DNA of 64,000 nt, taken from contig OZ024755.1 in assembly GCA_964016885.1 (NCBI GenBank), positions 33,108,001 to 33,172,000 of the forward strand, read 5' to 3'. The position numbers and the translations under genes were made by a program. The stretch's first letter is position 1. Each line of letters begins with the position of its first letter. The notes below the pieces were generated by a model. It made no database searches. It was not told where the DNA came from and saw only the letters and a program-made list of their open reading frames with translations. The stretch comes from Eledone cirrhosa (taxonomy: Eukaryota). Below, in pieces: positions 1 through 11,520 of the stretch.

Positions 1-22
1 TTTTTTCCAGCATTTTATTATT

Positions 23-1045
23 ATGGGGAGAAAAAGAGATTTGAGTCCTACTAAACGGGCACGGATCGTCAAGTTGAGAAAGTTGAATTTTTCCTTCCGC
101 GTGATTTCTAAGATGACAACATGCAGCTCCACTGCTTGTATTCAAGCCTGGCGCACTTGGGAACGTACAGGATCATACAAATCGAAGCCAAAACCAGGAC
201 CAAGTCGAAAAACGGACGATCGCCAGGATAGAGCGATTGGCCGGTCATCAGAAAATGACCGAAAAAAGACTGCTGTCGAGATCTGCTCCGAAGTGAACAC
301 TTCCCACAACTCGGATATCTCAGTCAGAACTGTCCGTCGTCGTCTGCGCGAAATCGAAATCAATGGTCGCATCGCCAGACGTGTTCCGCTCATCTCACTC
401 GCCAACCGTCGCAAACGACTTGCATTCGCATACAAATATCTCGCATGGACACCCGCTGATTGGCGCAAAGTCCTATTTTCAGATGAAAGTCTATTCACCA
501 TGGTCGGATCAGATGGCAAGACTTATGTCAGAAGGAGAACACACGAGGAATTCGATGATCGGTGTTCTCAAAAAACGGTGAAACATGGTGGAAAATCGAT
601 CATGTTCTGGGGTGCATTTTCGGCTATGGGCACCGGTCCCCTTGTTCCCATTTCCGGCAGTATGAACCAGAACACTTATGTCAAGATCCTGGAAGACCAT
701 TTGGAGCCCTATGTTGATGAAAATATGCCTTTAAATTGGCAATTTGTGCAAGACAATGCCCCGTGTCATTCTGCAAAGTCGGTTAAGCAATTTTTTCATG
801 AGAAAAAATGGAAGGTCATCGATTGGCCTCCTCAATCGCCAGACTTAAATTGTATAGAAAACCTGTGGCATTTAATAAAGCGCGAAATTCGACATCAAAA
901 CCCAAAAAACTTTCACGATCTGATGGCCACCATCAACCTGACATGGAACAACTTCAGTTTGGACCAATGCATGAAATTAGTGGAAAGTATGCCTAGAAGA
1001 TGTACTGCCGTGATCAAACAGAAAGGATATGCCACCAAATATTGA
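23..1045 (+). CDS. Tc1-family DD34E transposase, intact 340-aa ORF
   Basis: N-terminal HTH region; VLFSDES, KHGGKSIMFWG, QDNAPCH, WPPQSPDLNCIENLW motifs; 34 residues between second D and E; typical GYATKY end. Confidence 0.96.
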   Translation: MGRKRDLSPTKRARIVKLRKLNFSFRVISKMTTCSSTACIQAWRTWERTGSYKSKPKPGPSRKTDDRQDRAIGRSSENDRKKTAVEICSEVNTSHNSDISVRTVRRRLREIEINGRIARRVPLISLANRRKRLAFAYKYLAWTPADWRKVLFSDESLFTMVGSDGKTYVRRRTHEEFDDRCSQKTVKHGGKSIMFWGAFSAMGTGPLVPISGSMNQNTYVKILEDHLEPYVDENMPLNWQFVQDNAPCHSAKSVKQFFHEKKWKVIDWPPQSPDLNCIENLWHLIKREIRHQNPKNFHDLMATINLTWNNFSLDQCMKLVESMPRRCTAVIKQKGYATKY

Positions 1046-1081
1046 TTTCGACCATAATTCGAGCATTAAATGAAATAAAAT

Positions 1082-1295
1082 AAAAGTGTTCTTACTTCCA
1101 TGTCCGCCAAAATGTGGCTATAATTGCGTTAACGAGTCATAAGAACTGGCCTATTTGACTAATTGGCTTAATAACAGAGATAGCGGTAGAGAAATTATTT
1201 CTCTTTCTTCAGGTATATTGCAAAGTTGCAGAAACGAAATATCAAAAAAGTTACATGCAAAATAAAAAGTGTTCTTACTTCCATGTCCGCCACTG
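1082..1295. repeat. Right terminal repeat of IR/DR type
   Basis: 28-bp direct repeat aaaagtgttcttacttccatgtccgcca at 1082-1109 and 1265-1292. Confidence 0.8.
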
Positions 1296-1489
1296 TATAG
1301 TCAAAGAATTCCTTGCTAGAGGATAAACAGCATATGTACTTCTTAATGTTCTTAAATAAACTTTTTAAGGTTTATTGGGGATAAAATCACACATACCTTT
1401 ATCATTAGTTTTACAATAACAGTAACATTTATAAGTCCTTAATTATAAAGTTATATGGAAGACATCAATTATGCACATATTTGCATCTA

Positions 1490-1850
1490 CTGTGCAATGT
1501 CAATAATGTGTCTGAACGACCAAGCATCGACAAGTTGAGAGAGAAACTGTGTATAAGAGGGATAGGCTGTAGTGTGCAAGATAGAAGGCTGTGTTGTCAT
1601 GTGATGTGTATGGAGGATGACCTCTGGGTAAAGAAGTGCCAAGAAATCCCAGTAGAAGGAAGACGTGGTAGAGGAAGACCATGAAAAACATGGGCGGAGG
1701 TGGTGAGAGCAGATCTCAGATCGCTGAAGCTCACGGAGGAGATGACAAATGACCGTGACAAATGGAGAGACACTGTGCTTAATAGGACCCATCCCACCCT
1801 TGTAAGCAGGGAAAAGTGGATGTAAAAAAGAAAAAAATGATGATGATGAT
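1490..1850 (+). mobile_element. RTE LINE 3' fragment (family 1)
   Basis: LREKLCIRGI..RRL..HVMCMED..RGRGRP peptide; tail cccacccttg..gggaaaag..(gat)n. Confidence 0.85.
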
Positions 1851-2435
1851 GTGTCCTACGGATGAGCTCCTTTCTAAAAGTCTTCATTGTGTGGGTATTC
1901 AGACCCTTTAAAATGGGTCAATCTTTTATGTTTTTTTATAGAGGAATAGCTGAAAGTATTTACATGTAATTTTTCTCACAGAAAATGCTACTAATTCAAA
2001 AACTGTAATTATATCTATATTAAATTTAGCTGAAATCATATATATATCATCATCATTAACATCATTTTACATTCACTTTCAATGGACGAATTGCCATGAT
2101 CTGAGACTAGACATAGCAGTTCAGCCAATCTTATACATTCCATATTTGGCATGGTTTACAGACTGAATTCCGTGCACTATTGTTTTACTAAGTAAATCAC
2201 CCACAATAAAATACCACTTATAATCTTGGCTGGAAAATATTATTGATGATACATATTTAATATTTTCACCATCCATTTTGATCCATTTAACTGAAAACTT
2301 AAAACATCTAATCTGAAAATGTATTTTCTTATTAGGGTATATAATAAAAAGGTCATTGAATAACCCATTACTTACCATAAATTATGCTAATTTTAACAAT
2401 TTCTAATTTGAAATGGTACTGTATAAACTAGTTTA

Positions 2436-2620
2436 ACCCCTTAGCATTTACATTAATCTATATTTATTATTGTATTTTTCTGGTAAAGGCTTTATCTTAG
2501 GTAATTATCTCATAATATCAAATCTATGAGATTTTGACGTTATTTATTGTGGGAACAATACCTTAACATGAGTATGAGTGGCCATTTATGGCTGGTTTGA
2601 AAAGAAAGAGGTGAGAGAAC
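2436..2620 (+). mobile_element. TTAA MITE, partial copy
   Basis: TTAA|CCCCTTAGCATT start; body matches complete copy at 48710-48930. Confidence 0.75.
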
Positions 2621-2919
2621 TCACCAAAGCTACAGTGAGTCAAATTTACAATGGATATAGGCATCTAAAAACAAAACTACATTAGAGTGGTACAAAGAAA
2701 CTTGGTGCAAATGAAAATCTATATAAGATGAGCTTCTATATTTTTTAGACACTGGTGGCTTTTCAATAAAGTACCTCAAAGAAAATGTATTATCACACAA
2801 ATGTGTATCAGTAATGTTAGGATGAAATTTAGGAGCTATAAAACTATTTCTTAATGTTTTCCGTAATGCAACTCTTTGGCAATATCCTAGCCATGGACTT
2901 CAACTTAATGTAGGTTTGT

Positions 2920-3090
2920 ATCATCATCGTTTAATGTCCATCTTCCACGCTAGCGTGCGTTAGATGGGATTGTCCCACTTGAGGCAAGATTGGTCGGGTG
3001 ACCGTGTCTCGCTCGTATACAACTGTATCTGGCAGGTTTTCTATGGCTGGATACCCTTCCTAACACTAACCACATTTACAGTGTGGACAA
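2920..3090 (-). mobile_element. RTE-type SINE/LINE tail
   Basis: (cat)n tail and ctggatacccttcctaac motif shared with 5097-5433 and 7270-7415. Confidence 0.7.
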
Positions 3091-3159
3091 CATATTCAGA
3101 TATCTTAAGCATGGAAAAGTGGCTGTAAAATGGTAATGGCGATGATGTATTCCTTATAT

Positions 3160-3341
3160 GTGGTTCCCAGAGTGGGTTCTGCAGAAGCCAAGAGTTCCAC
3201 AAAGGAATGTCTGGGGTTCCATGAAAAAGGTAGAGGAGTATATCTATATTATGACCATTTAACAATATTAAACTTTGGGTTTCCCCCAAAAGTTTCTAAA
3301 ACAAAAAGGGTTCCACATGTGAAAATGTTTGGGAAACCCTG
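3160..3341. mobile_element. hAT-like MITE
   Basis: Imperfect ends gtggttccca.. / ..tttgggaaaccctg; 8-bp direct repeat ccttatat at 3152-3159 and 3342-3349. Confidence 0.5.
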
Positions 3342-3739
3342 CCTTATATCATAGGTCTCTAAAAAATCAGAATGAATTAACTGCATATACTGAGCTTCTT
3401 GACTGTGAACTGTTGAAAATTGTATTTTCAGTGCAAGAGGGATTGTTTATTTTACAGAACAGTAATATTAATATGGTAATTTTATTAAATTATTTGGAAA
3501 TATTTTGGAAAAGCAAACTGGGATTCTTCAAAGAGAAAAAAGTTCAAGGGGTTGAACAAATTATTAAACTCTTTTGGAAATAATTTGGGCTTATTGATGG
3601 ACGGTTTGCTAGGTTTGTTGAAACTGTAACTTGAACTGTCACTAAATAGTAAACTTACTAAAGCATATGAGGAAACTAATCTCGAAATATCAGGACATGA
3701 ATAAATTACGGTACAAAAAACAAACAAAATGTCTGTGTA

Positions 3740-3950
3740 ATTTACATTACTCTATATATACTATTGTATTTTCACAGTAAAGGTTTTACCTTACATAATT
3801 ATCTCACATAATATTGAATCTATAAGATTTTGATATTATCTATTTTGAGAACAATACCTTAACATCAGTATGAGCGGTCGGTTACGACCGGTTTGAACAG
3901 AAAGAAGTGAGGGAATTCTGGCCGGATATGAGCAGTTTAAATGCCAACAG
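3740..3950 (+). mobile_element. TTAA MITE copy
   Basis: Body matches 48710-48930; ends before TTAA. Confidence 0.75.
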
Positions 3951-4674
3951 TTAAACAAACTATCAAGGTTCTTGAATGTCAAATAAGAGGGCAAGAAACT
4001 GTTATACCCAAACAGAGAAAGCAACAAGCTAATTGGTATTTAATAGAATAAATGTGTAGGCTAGTGCAGTACCTACTAAACACAGACAACAGATTTTGAG
4101 CAATTTAATCAATAATATAATACTGAAACTGCTTGAATTTACAACAGCTCCTAATGATGAATGTAAAAAGTTAATTAACCTCTTGAAATATTTAGATTTT
4201 AACAATATTTTAAAAGATTTCTGTTTTGCATTGGGGATAATGATGGAGAAGAAATGGTAAAACAATTCAGTTTAAATGGTTGGCTTTGTACCAGAGCCTT
4301 TAGAGAATGCAAGGAATCTTAAGGGAAAGAAGTTTCTGCATATTTTCAGCAGCTGTTAATGGCTGTAAATACAATTCTGGTATCAAGAGAAGAATATGAA
4401 ACTTCTCTGGCATAAATTGCTATATGTCACCACAATGTGCAACACAGCAAATTGATAATCTATTATCTCTTCTATTTATCAAGTTGGTGAGACTTTCTCT
4501 GTCAAAATTCAACCCCAAAGAATATATGAGGACATAGCATTTAATAGCAGATATGTTGAAGAAGTGGCATATTGAAAGAAAGAAGTGGCAGAAAAATATG
4601 AAATTATTTACCAATAAGGAACATTTTGTAATGTAAGCTGTAATGAAATTCACTTAGTTATGTTTGTTCATCAA

Positions 4675-4977
4675 TCTATATATAAACTTGAGAGACTTCC
4701 ATTCGTCCGTCACACAATGTGTGTGTGAGAGAGAGTGTGTTTGTGTGGATGTATGTGTGTGTAAAAGGGATGGTGGAAAAACTATAGCAAAAGAGAAGCT
4801 GGCGTTCCATTTACTCACTGTGTCTGAATGTGAGTGTGTGTGTTTGTGTGAATGTATGTGTGTGAGTGTATATTTTCGTAAGTGTGTCTGTGTTGGCATG
4901 TTTATATTTATATACTCATATAAATAAATGTATGTATATACACATCCATATGTGTCAGTGGGTTGAAAGAAATTGAG
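4675..4977 (+). mobile_element. Non-autonomous Helitron-like element, degraded
   Basis: A|TCTATATATAAA start; similar to 30474-30740 and 57070-57391. Confidence 0.5.
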
Positions 4978-5046
4978 GTATACTGAAATTTCAAAAATGT
5001 AGATTGTATTTACATCTATATATAAGCTGTTTATAGTATATATATA

Positions 5047-5096
<50 letters not shown>

Positions 5097-5433
5097 GGAG
5101 GCACATGGCTTAGTGGTTAGAGCATTGGCCTTGCAATCGAAAGGTTGTGAGTTCAATTCTCAGACCGGGTGATGTGTTGTTTCCTTGAGCAAGACACTTT
5201 ATTTCAAATTGCTCCAGTTTACTCAGCTGTAGAAATGAGATGATAGGGACTGGGGTCCCTATCATTCCACTGAAAAGTGGTCGTGGAGGTGCCACGGCAA
5301 AAAAGCACCCAGCACTCACTGTAAATGTGGTTGGTGTTAGGAAGGGCATCCAGCTGTAGAAATCAAGCCAGAAACAGTTCCCGTCCCACCCTTGCAAGCA
5401 GGGAAAAAGCGGACGTAAAATGAAATGATGATG
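5097..5433 (+). mobile_element. tRNA-derived CORE-type SINE with RTE tail (SINE-B)
   Basis: A box tggcttagtgg, B box gagttcaattc, CORE-like ccttgagcaagacactt, tail shared with RTE family 1; inverted copy at 49230-49571. Confidence 0.85.
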
Positions 5434-5494
5434 ATATATATAAGATGTTTATTGTATATATATGTATATATATATATATAGAGAGAGAGATATG

Positions 5495-5667
5495 ACAAGT
5501 AAGTATGTTTTAAAACAGCGAACAAGTTTGAAATTAGAAAATAGAAGCTTTCACTGTATTTTTTGACTAAAGAAATTTTAGCCTGATAGTGGGGTTTAGA
5601 ACCCTCAGAGAAATGGAAAAAGATGAGTATTGACGTACATGGGAGTCGAACCCACATCTTTGGTTAT

Positions 5668-5670
<3 letters not shown>
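5495..5670 (-). mobile_element. 5'-truncated tRNA-headed element (SINE-D) in (TA)n
   Basis: Minus strand has B box GGTTCGACTCC then catgtacgtcaatactc; same body at 7468-7726; head at 43943. Confidence 0.7.
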
Positions 5671-5742
<72 letters not shown>

Positions 5743-5819
5743 GTTTATTGTATATATATATATATATATAAGGTCTTTATTGTATATATATATATACTAC
5801 TTATATAGATAAGCTGTTC

Positions 5820-7415
5820 ATTGTTGAGAAAGCCTTTGACAGAGTCCCCCACTCCAATATCTGGTGGGCTCTTAGAAAACTAGGTGCAGATGAATGGCTT
5901 GTGAGAGCTATACAAGCCATGTATAAAGAAATAGTCAGTAAGGTTAGAATTAACAATGAATATAGTGAAGAATTTAGTGGAAAAGTTGGTGTTCATCAGG
6001 GCTCTGTTCTTAGCCCCCTACTATTTATTATTGCCCCTCAGGCTATAACAGAGGAGTTTAAGACCAGCTGCCCATGGGAACTTCTATATGCAGATGATCT
6101 AACTTTCATAGCTGAATCTATGCCTGGACTAGAGAAGAAATTCCAAACATGGAAGCATGGCCTAGAATCAAAAGGCCTTAAAATTAACTTGTCTAAGACT
6201 AAAGTTCTAGTATGTAGGAAGGAAAATAGGGCACAGGTGCCCTCTGGGAAATGGCCATGCTCAGTGTGTAGGAAAGGAGTAGGTAGAAATTCCATTTTAT
6301 GTCCCAAATGCAAAGTATGGGTACATAAAAGATGTAGTGGGATCACAGGTAAACTATCTAAGAACGTAGATTTTATATGTGGTCAATGCTCAGTTACAAT
6401 AATTATACAAGTGCCCACAGGATGCTAGCTCCTTCTATTGCCCAGATGGTTCTATAGAAATAGTGGACACCTTCCATTACCTGAGTGACAAAATCAGCAG
6501 TGGTGGAGGGTGCTCTGAAAGTATAGTAGTCAGATTTAGAATGGGATGGAAAAAGTTCAGAGAGCTTATACCGCTATTGACCACAAATGGTTCCTCTCTA
6601 AAAATGAAAGGCAGATTGTATGATGCCTGTATATCAACAGCAATGCTACATGACAGTGAGACATGGGCATTGTGTGCTGAGGACCTGCGCAGACTGGAGA
6701 GGAATGAAGCATGCATGCTCTGTTGGATGTGTAATAGTAATATATGTGAAATGCAAAGCATAAATGAACTAAGTGAGAAATTAGGAATAAGAGGGATCAG
6801 ATGCTGTTAACTCGAGAGAAGACTACGTTGGTATGGTCACGTGATGTGCATGAAAGATGACAGCTGTATAAAAAAGTGCAGGGTGATCAAAATTGATGGA
6901 AGTTATGGAGTAGGTAGACCCAGAAAAACCTGGGACGATTTGATAAATTCTGTCCTTACACACTTGCACCTCTCTAAGACAATGTCACTGGACCGAGATC
7001 TTTGGGGCTACACAGTAATACAGAAGACCCGCCTTGCCTAAGTACAAAGTGAAACCTACAGTCAGTAGGCACCTCTTAACCAAATATATACCCCAAACCA
7101 CTACCCCTACCCTATCCTCCCACTCACACCACCCTCTCTCTGTAAAGTTGGTACCACAACATCCAGTCCAAATAAATGAGATATTGAGATCGTGTAGGTG
7201 TCACGACAAAAGACACACGGTCTACGCTGTAATGTGGCCGTGTAGGTAACACGGTAAAAAGTTCCCAGTTCCACACTGTAAATGTGGTTGGTGTTAGGAA
7301 GGGCATCCAGCCGTAGAAAACCTGCCAGATAGTTCTACATGAGCGAGACATGGTCACCCGCCCAAGTGGGACAACTCCCGTCTAACCCATGCTAGCGTTA
7401 AACGATGATGATGAT
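5820..7415 (+). pseudogene. 5'-truncated RTE LINE: RT with PHD finger, ~380-bp 3' UTR
   Basis: EKAFDRVP, GVHQGSVLSPLLF, LLYADDL; in-frame stops; RRLRWYGHV..GRPRKTW; ends aaacgatgatgatga. Confidence 0.92.
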
Positions 7416-7467
7416 ATATATATATACTACATATATATAAGCTGTTTATAGTATATATATATATATT

Positions 7468-7720
7468 GGCAAGTAAGTATGTTTTGAAACAGTGAGCGAG
7501 TTTGAAATTAGAAAATATATAGCTTTCACCATATTTTTGACTAAAGGAATTTTTTAGCTTGATAACGGGGTTTAGAACCCTCAGATAAATGGAAAAAGAT
7601 GAGTATTGACGTACATGTACGTCAATACTCATCTTTTTCCATTTATCTGAGGGTTCTAAACCCCATTATCAAGCTAAAAACTTCCTTTAGTCAAAAATAC
7701 GGTGAAAGCTATATATTTTC

Positions 7721-7726
<6 letters not shown>
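7468..7726 (-). mobile_element. SINE-D copy with loopless palindrome (7505-7726)
   Basis: Axis at 7615/7616 (gacgtaca|tgtacgtc), ~111-bp arms with ~3 mismatches. Confidence 0.85.
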
Positions 7727-7749
<23 letters not shown>

Positions 7750-7753
<4 letters not shown>

Positions 7754-7910
7754 GAAAAAGTATGACCCCGACGGCAGAGCTCAAGCCGTCGAAACGGCTT
7801 GAGCTCTGCCATTGGGGTCATACTTTTTCCTATTTCCCACTCTACTACCCTAAGTATTGAGTACTCTGGTGCATTATGGTCCATCTGGTTCCTTACCACA
7901 ATTCCTTTGG
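7750..7910 (+). mobile_element. Fold-back element family P1 (Penelope-like, non-autonomous)
   Basis: Hairpin 7750-7833 with loop cgaa plus unique 3' part, in (TA)n; second copy at 25482. Confidence 0.6.
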
Positions 7911-8005
7911 TATATATATATATACTACATCTATATATCTGTTCATTGTATATATATATATATATATAGACTACATCTATATATCTGTTCATTGTATATA
8001 TATAT

Positions 8006-9883
8006 GTAAACTGTAATTAGTATAGAGAGGTGTGTACAGGTGTAAACTGTAATTAGAATAGACAGGTGTGTACAGGTGTAAACTGTAATTAGTATAGAGA
8101 CAGGTGTGTACAGGTGTAGACTGTAATTAGTATAGAGAGGTGTGTACAGGTGTAAACTGTAATTAGTATAGAGACAGGTGTGTACAGGTGTAAACTGTAA
8201 TTAGTATAGAGAGGTGTGTACAGGTATAAACTGTAATTAGTATAGAGACAGGTGTGTACAGGTGTAAACTGTAATTAGTATAGAGAGGTGTGTACAGGTA
8301 TAAACTGTAATTAGTATAGAGACAGGTGTGTACAGGTGTAAACTGTAATTAGTATAGAGAGGTGTGTACAGGTATAAACTGTAATTAGTATAGTGACAGG
8401 TGTGTACAGGTGTAAACTGTAATTAGTATAGAGAGGTGTGTAGAGGTGTAAACTGTAATTAGTATAGAGACAGGTGTGTACAGGTGTAAACTGTAATTAG
8501 TATAGTGACAGGTGTGTACAGGTGTAGACTGTAATTAGTATAGAGAGGTGTGTACAGGTATAAACTGTAATTAGTATAGAGAGGTGTGTAGAGGTGTAAA
8601 CTGTAATTAGTATAGAGACAGGTGTGTACAGGTGTAAACTGTAATTAGTATAGTGACAGGTGTGTACAGGTGTAAACTGTAATTAGTATAGAGAGGTGTG
8701 TACAGGTGTAAACTGTAATTAGTATAGAGACAGGTGTGTACAGGTGTAGACTGTAATTAGTATAGAGAGGTGTGTAGAGGTGTAAACTGTAATTAGTATA
8801 GAGACAGGTGTGTACAGGTGTAAACTGTAATTAGTATAGAGAGGTGTGTACAGGTATAAACTGTAATTAGTATAGAGACAGGTGTGTACAGGTGTAAACT
8901 GTAATTAGTATAGAGAGGTGTGTACAGGTATAAACTGTAATTAGTATAGAGACAGGTGTGTACAGGTGTAAACTGTAATTAGTATAGAGAGGTGTGTACA
9001 GGTGTAAACTGTAATTAGTATAGAGAGGTGTGTAGAGGTGTAAACTGTAATTAGTATAGAGACAGGTGTGTACAGGTGTAAACTGTAATTAGTATAGTGA
9101 CAGGTGTGTACAGGTGTAGACTGTAATTAGTATAGAGAGGTGTGTACAGGTATAAACTGTAATTAGTATGTAGAGGTGTAAACTGTAATTAGTATAGAGA
9201 CAGGTGTGTACAGGTGTAAACTGTAATTAGTATAGTGACAGGTGTGTACAGGTGTAAACTGTAATTAGTATAGAGAGGTGTGTACAGGTATAAACTGTAA
9301 TTAGTATAGAGACAGGTGTGTACAGGTGTAAACTGTAATTAGTATAGAGAGGTGTGTAGAGGTGTAAACTGTAATTAGTATAGAGACAGGTGTGTACAGG
9401 CGTAAACTGTAATTAGTATAGACAGGTGTGTACAGGTGTAGACTGTAATTAGTATAGTGACAGGTGTGTACAGGTGTAGACTGTAATTATTATAGAGACA
9501 GGTGTGTACAGGTGTAAACTGTAATTAGTATAGAGTTGTGTGTACAGGTGTAAACTGTAAATAGTATCGAGACAGGTGTGTACAGGTGTAAACTGTAATT
9601 AGTATAGAGTTGTGTGTACAGGTGTAAACTGTAATTAGTATAGAGTTGTGTGTACAGGTGTAAACTCTAAATAGTATCAAGACAGGTGTGTACAGGTGTA
9701 AACTGTAATTAGTATAGACAGGTGTGTACAGGTGTAAACTGTAATTAGTATAGAGTTGTGTGTACAGGTGTAAACTGTAAATAGTATCAAGACAGGTGTG
9801 TACAGGTGTAAACTGTAATTAGTATAGACAGGTGTGTACAGGTGTAAACTGTAATTAGTATAGAGAGGTGTGTAAACTGTAAA
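8006..9883. repeat. Minisatellite, 36/38-bp units (~50 copies)
   Basis: gtaaactgtaattagtatagaga(ca)ggtgtgtacaggt, often alternating 36 and 38 bp. Confidence 0.97.
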
Positions 9884-10249
9884 CTATTTTATTATTCTCA
9901 CTAAATTTATGAAGAATCTAAAGGGAAAACTATTTTACCAAAATATACATTTGGTAAACTTATTTTTGACTAATACAATGTGTTACTGATACAGTGAGAT
10001 ACTAATACAAGGAGGTACTAATACCATGTCCTTGGATTTCTCACATTGAGAAACTATCATGTTATGGTTTGATTGTCAGAGCTAGAAATACAATAAGAAA
10101 TAACCAATCAAATAAAGAGAAACACTTTGGAAATGGTGGATCAAAGAAAGGAATCTAATAATATAATAGCAATCAAATCACAACTGACCCTGTTGTATAT
10201 AACCGCAAAATCTAACTTTTACTCCTATTTGACAGCATTATTATAGCAT

Positions 10250-10738
10250 CCTTAAAGGGTCGATAAAATAAAGTACCAGGTACCAGTAATGTACTGGGTA
10301 ATTGCTGGCCTTGTGCCAAAAGTAGAAACAATTATGGCAACAATTATACATAAATGTTTCTACATTTGGCACAAGGCCATCAATTACCCAGTACATTACT
10401 GGTACTTTATTGTATCGACCCCGTAAGGATGAAAGGCAAAGTTAACCCCGGCGGGATTTGAACTCAGATCGTAAAGGGACGTAACTGTGCTGGAAAGCAT
10501 GGTGTCCGTCCCTCTACCGATACTGCCAATCCACCGTATAATAATAATAATAATGTTTCTATTTTTGGCACAAGGCCAGCAATTACCCCAGTGCATTACT
10601 GGTACTTTATTTTATTGACCCCCGTAAGGATGAAAGGCAAAGTTAACCTCAGCGGGATTTGAACTCAGACCGTAAAGGGATGTAACTATGCTGGAAAGCA
10701 TGGCGTCCGACCCTCTACCAATACTGCCAATCCACCAC
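10250..10738. mobile_element. Cluster of three SINE-A copies (one + partial, two -)
   Basis: Core gttaactttgcctttcatccttacggggtcgataaaataaagtaccag and tail gccttgtgccaaaagtagaaac. Confidence 0.88.
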
Positions 10739-10954
10739 CCTATATATAATGTTCATAGGGAAGAGAATGGGCTTTATAATGTCATGTATTTTTACAGAGC
10801 TTTTGTAAATGGGGTTCATTTATCCTCTTTCTGTAAGTATTTTGGAAAATATATTTTGGAAAATATATTTAATATCGTATTTTCATTGTAAACACATTAC
10901 CTGACATAATATCAAATCTATGAGATTTTGGTATTATATGTTTTTAGGATAGTG

Positions 10955-11140
10955 TCGGTAGTATCAGTAGAGGGTTGGGTGCCATGCTTTGATGCCTAGA
11001 GTTACAGCCCTTGCCATTCTGAGTTCAAATCCCGCCGAGGTTAACTTTGCCGTTCATCCTTACGGGGGGGTCAATAAAATAAAGTACCAGTAATGCACTG
11101 CGTAACTGCTAGCCTTGTGCCAAAAGTAGAAACAATTATT
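10955..11140 (+). mobile_element. SINE-A inserted in a TTAA MITE remnant
   Basis: gagttcaaatcccgccgagg B box plus core; MITE pieces at ~10895-10945 and 11150-11230. Confidence 0.85.
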
Positions 11141-11244
11141 TATTTATTTATTTGGAGAAGAATACCCTAACATGAGTATGAGCAGCTGGTTATGGCTGGT
11201 TTGAACAGAAAGAGGTGGGCATGGATATTTTGAAGCTCCAACAT

Positions 11245-11520
11245 CCGTCAACTGACTTGGTAAACACCCACAAAATTATTAACCATCTTGCAAACAACAA
11301 ACCTGTTGTTAGCTATCGGGACACTGCATGCTTCCTGAAATTCGCCAACACTACACCTGATATCCCCCTCCATACACATGCAAGCATGTGTCTGTGTGTA
11401 TATCATCACTCATACACTGTTCACTTTCCTGTTATTTCTACATTATTCTATGTACTATACATGCACCATTGATGAGTTGTAGTGCACCTGAGCACTGTAC
11501 GCAATAATTTCATTATTATT
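11245..11520 (+). mobile_element. CR1-like LINE 3' end
   Basis: DLVNTHKIINH peptide and tail gtagtgcacctgagcactgta..ttcattattatt; copies at 46922-47430 and 48028-48150. Confidence 0.65.

Larger units (their letters stand above)
1..1295 (+). mobile_element. Tc1 transposon (left end outside window)
   Basis: Transposase followed by terminus ...CCGCCACTG at 1295 and TA at 1296-1297. Confidence 0.9.

Noticed and set aside
7505-7726. Palindromes as whole-genome-amplification chimeras
   Set aside because: Most arm pairs carry mismatches and axes coincide with element features; not fully excluded without reads
8006-9883. CRISPR-like appearance of regular short repeats (also 17424, 40530, 45491)
   Set aside because: Head-to-tail units without unique spacers, no cas genes, eukaryotic context
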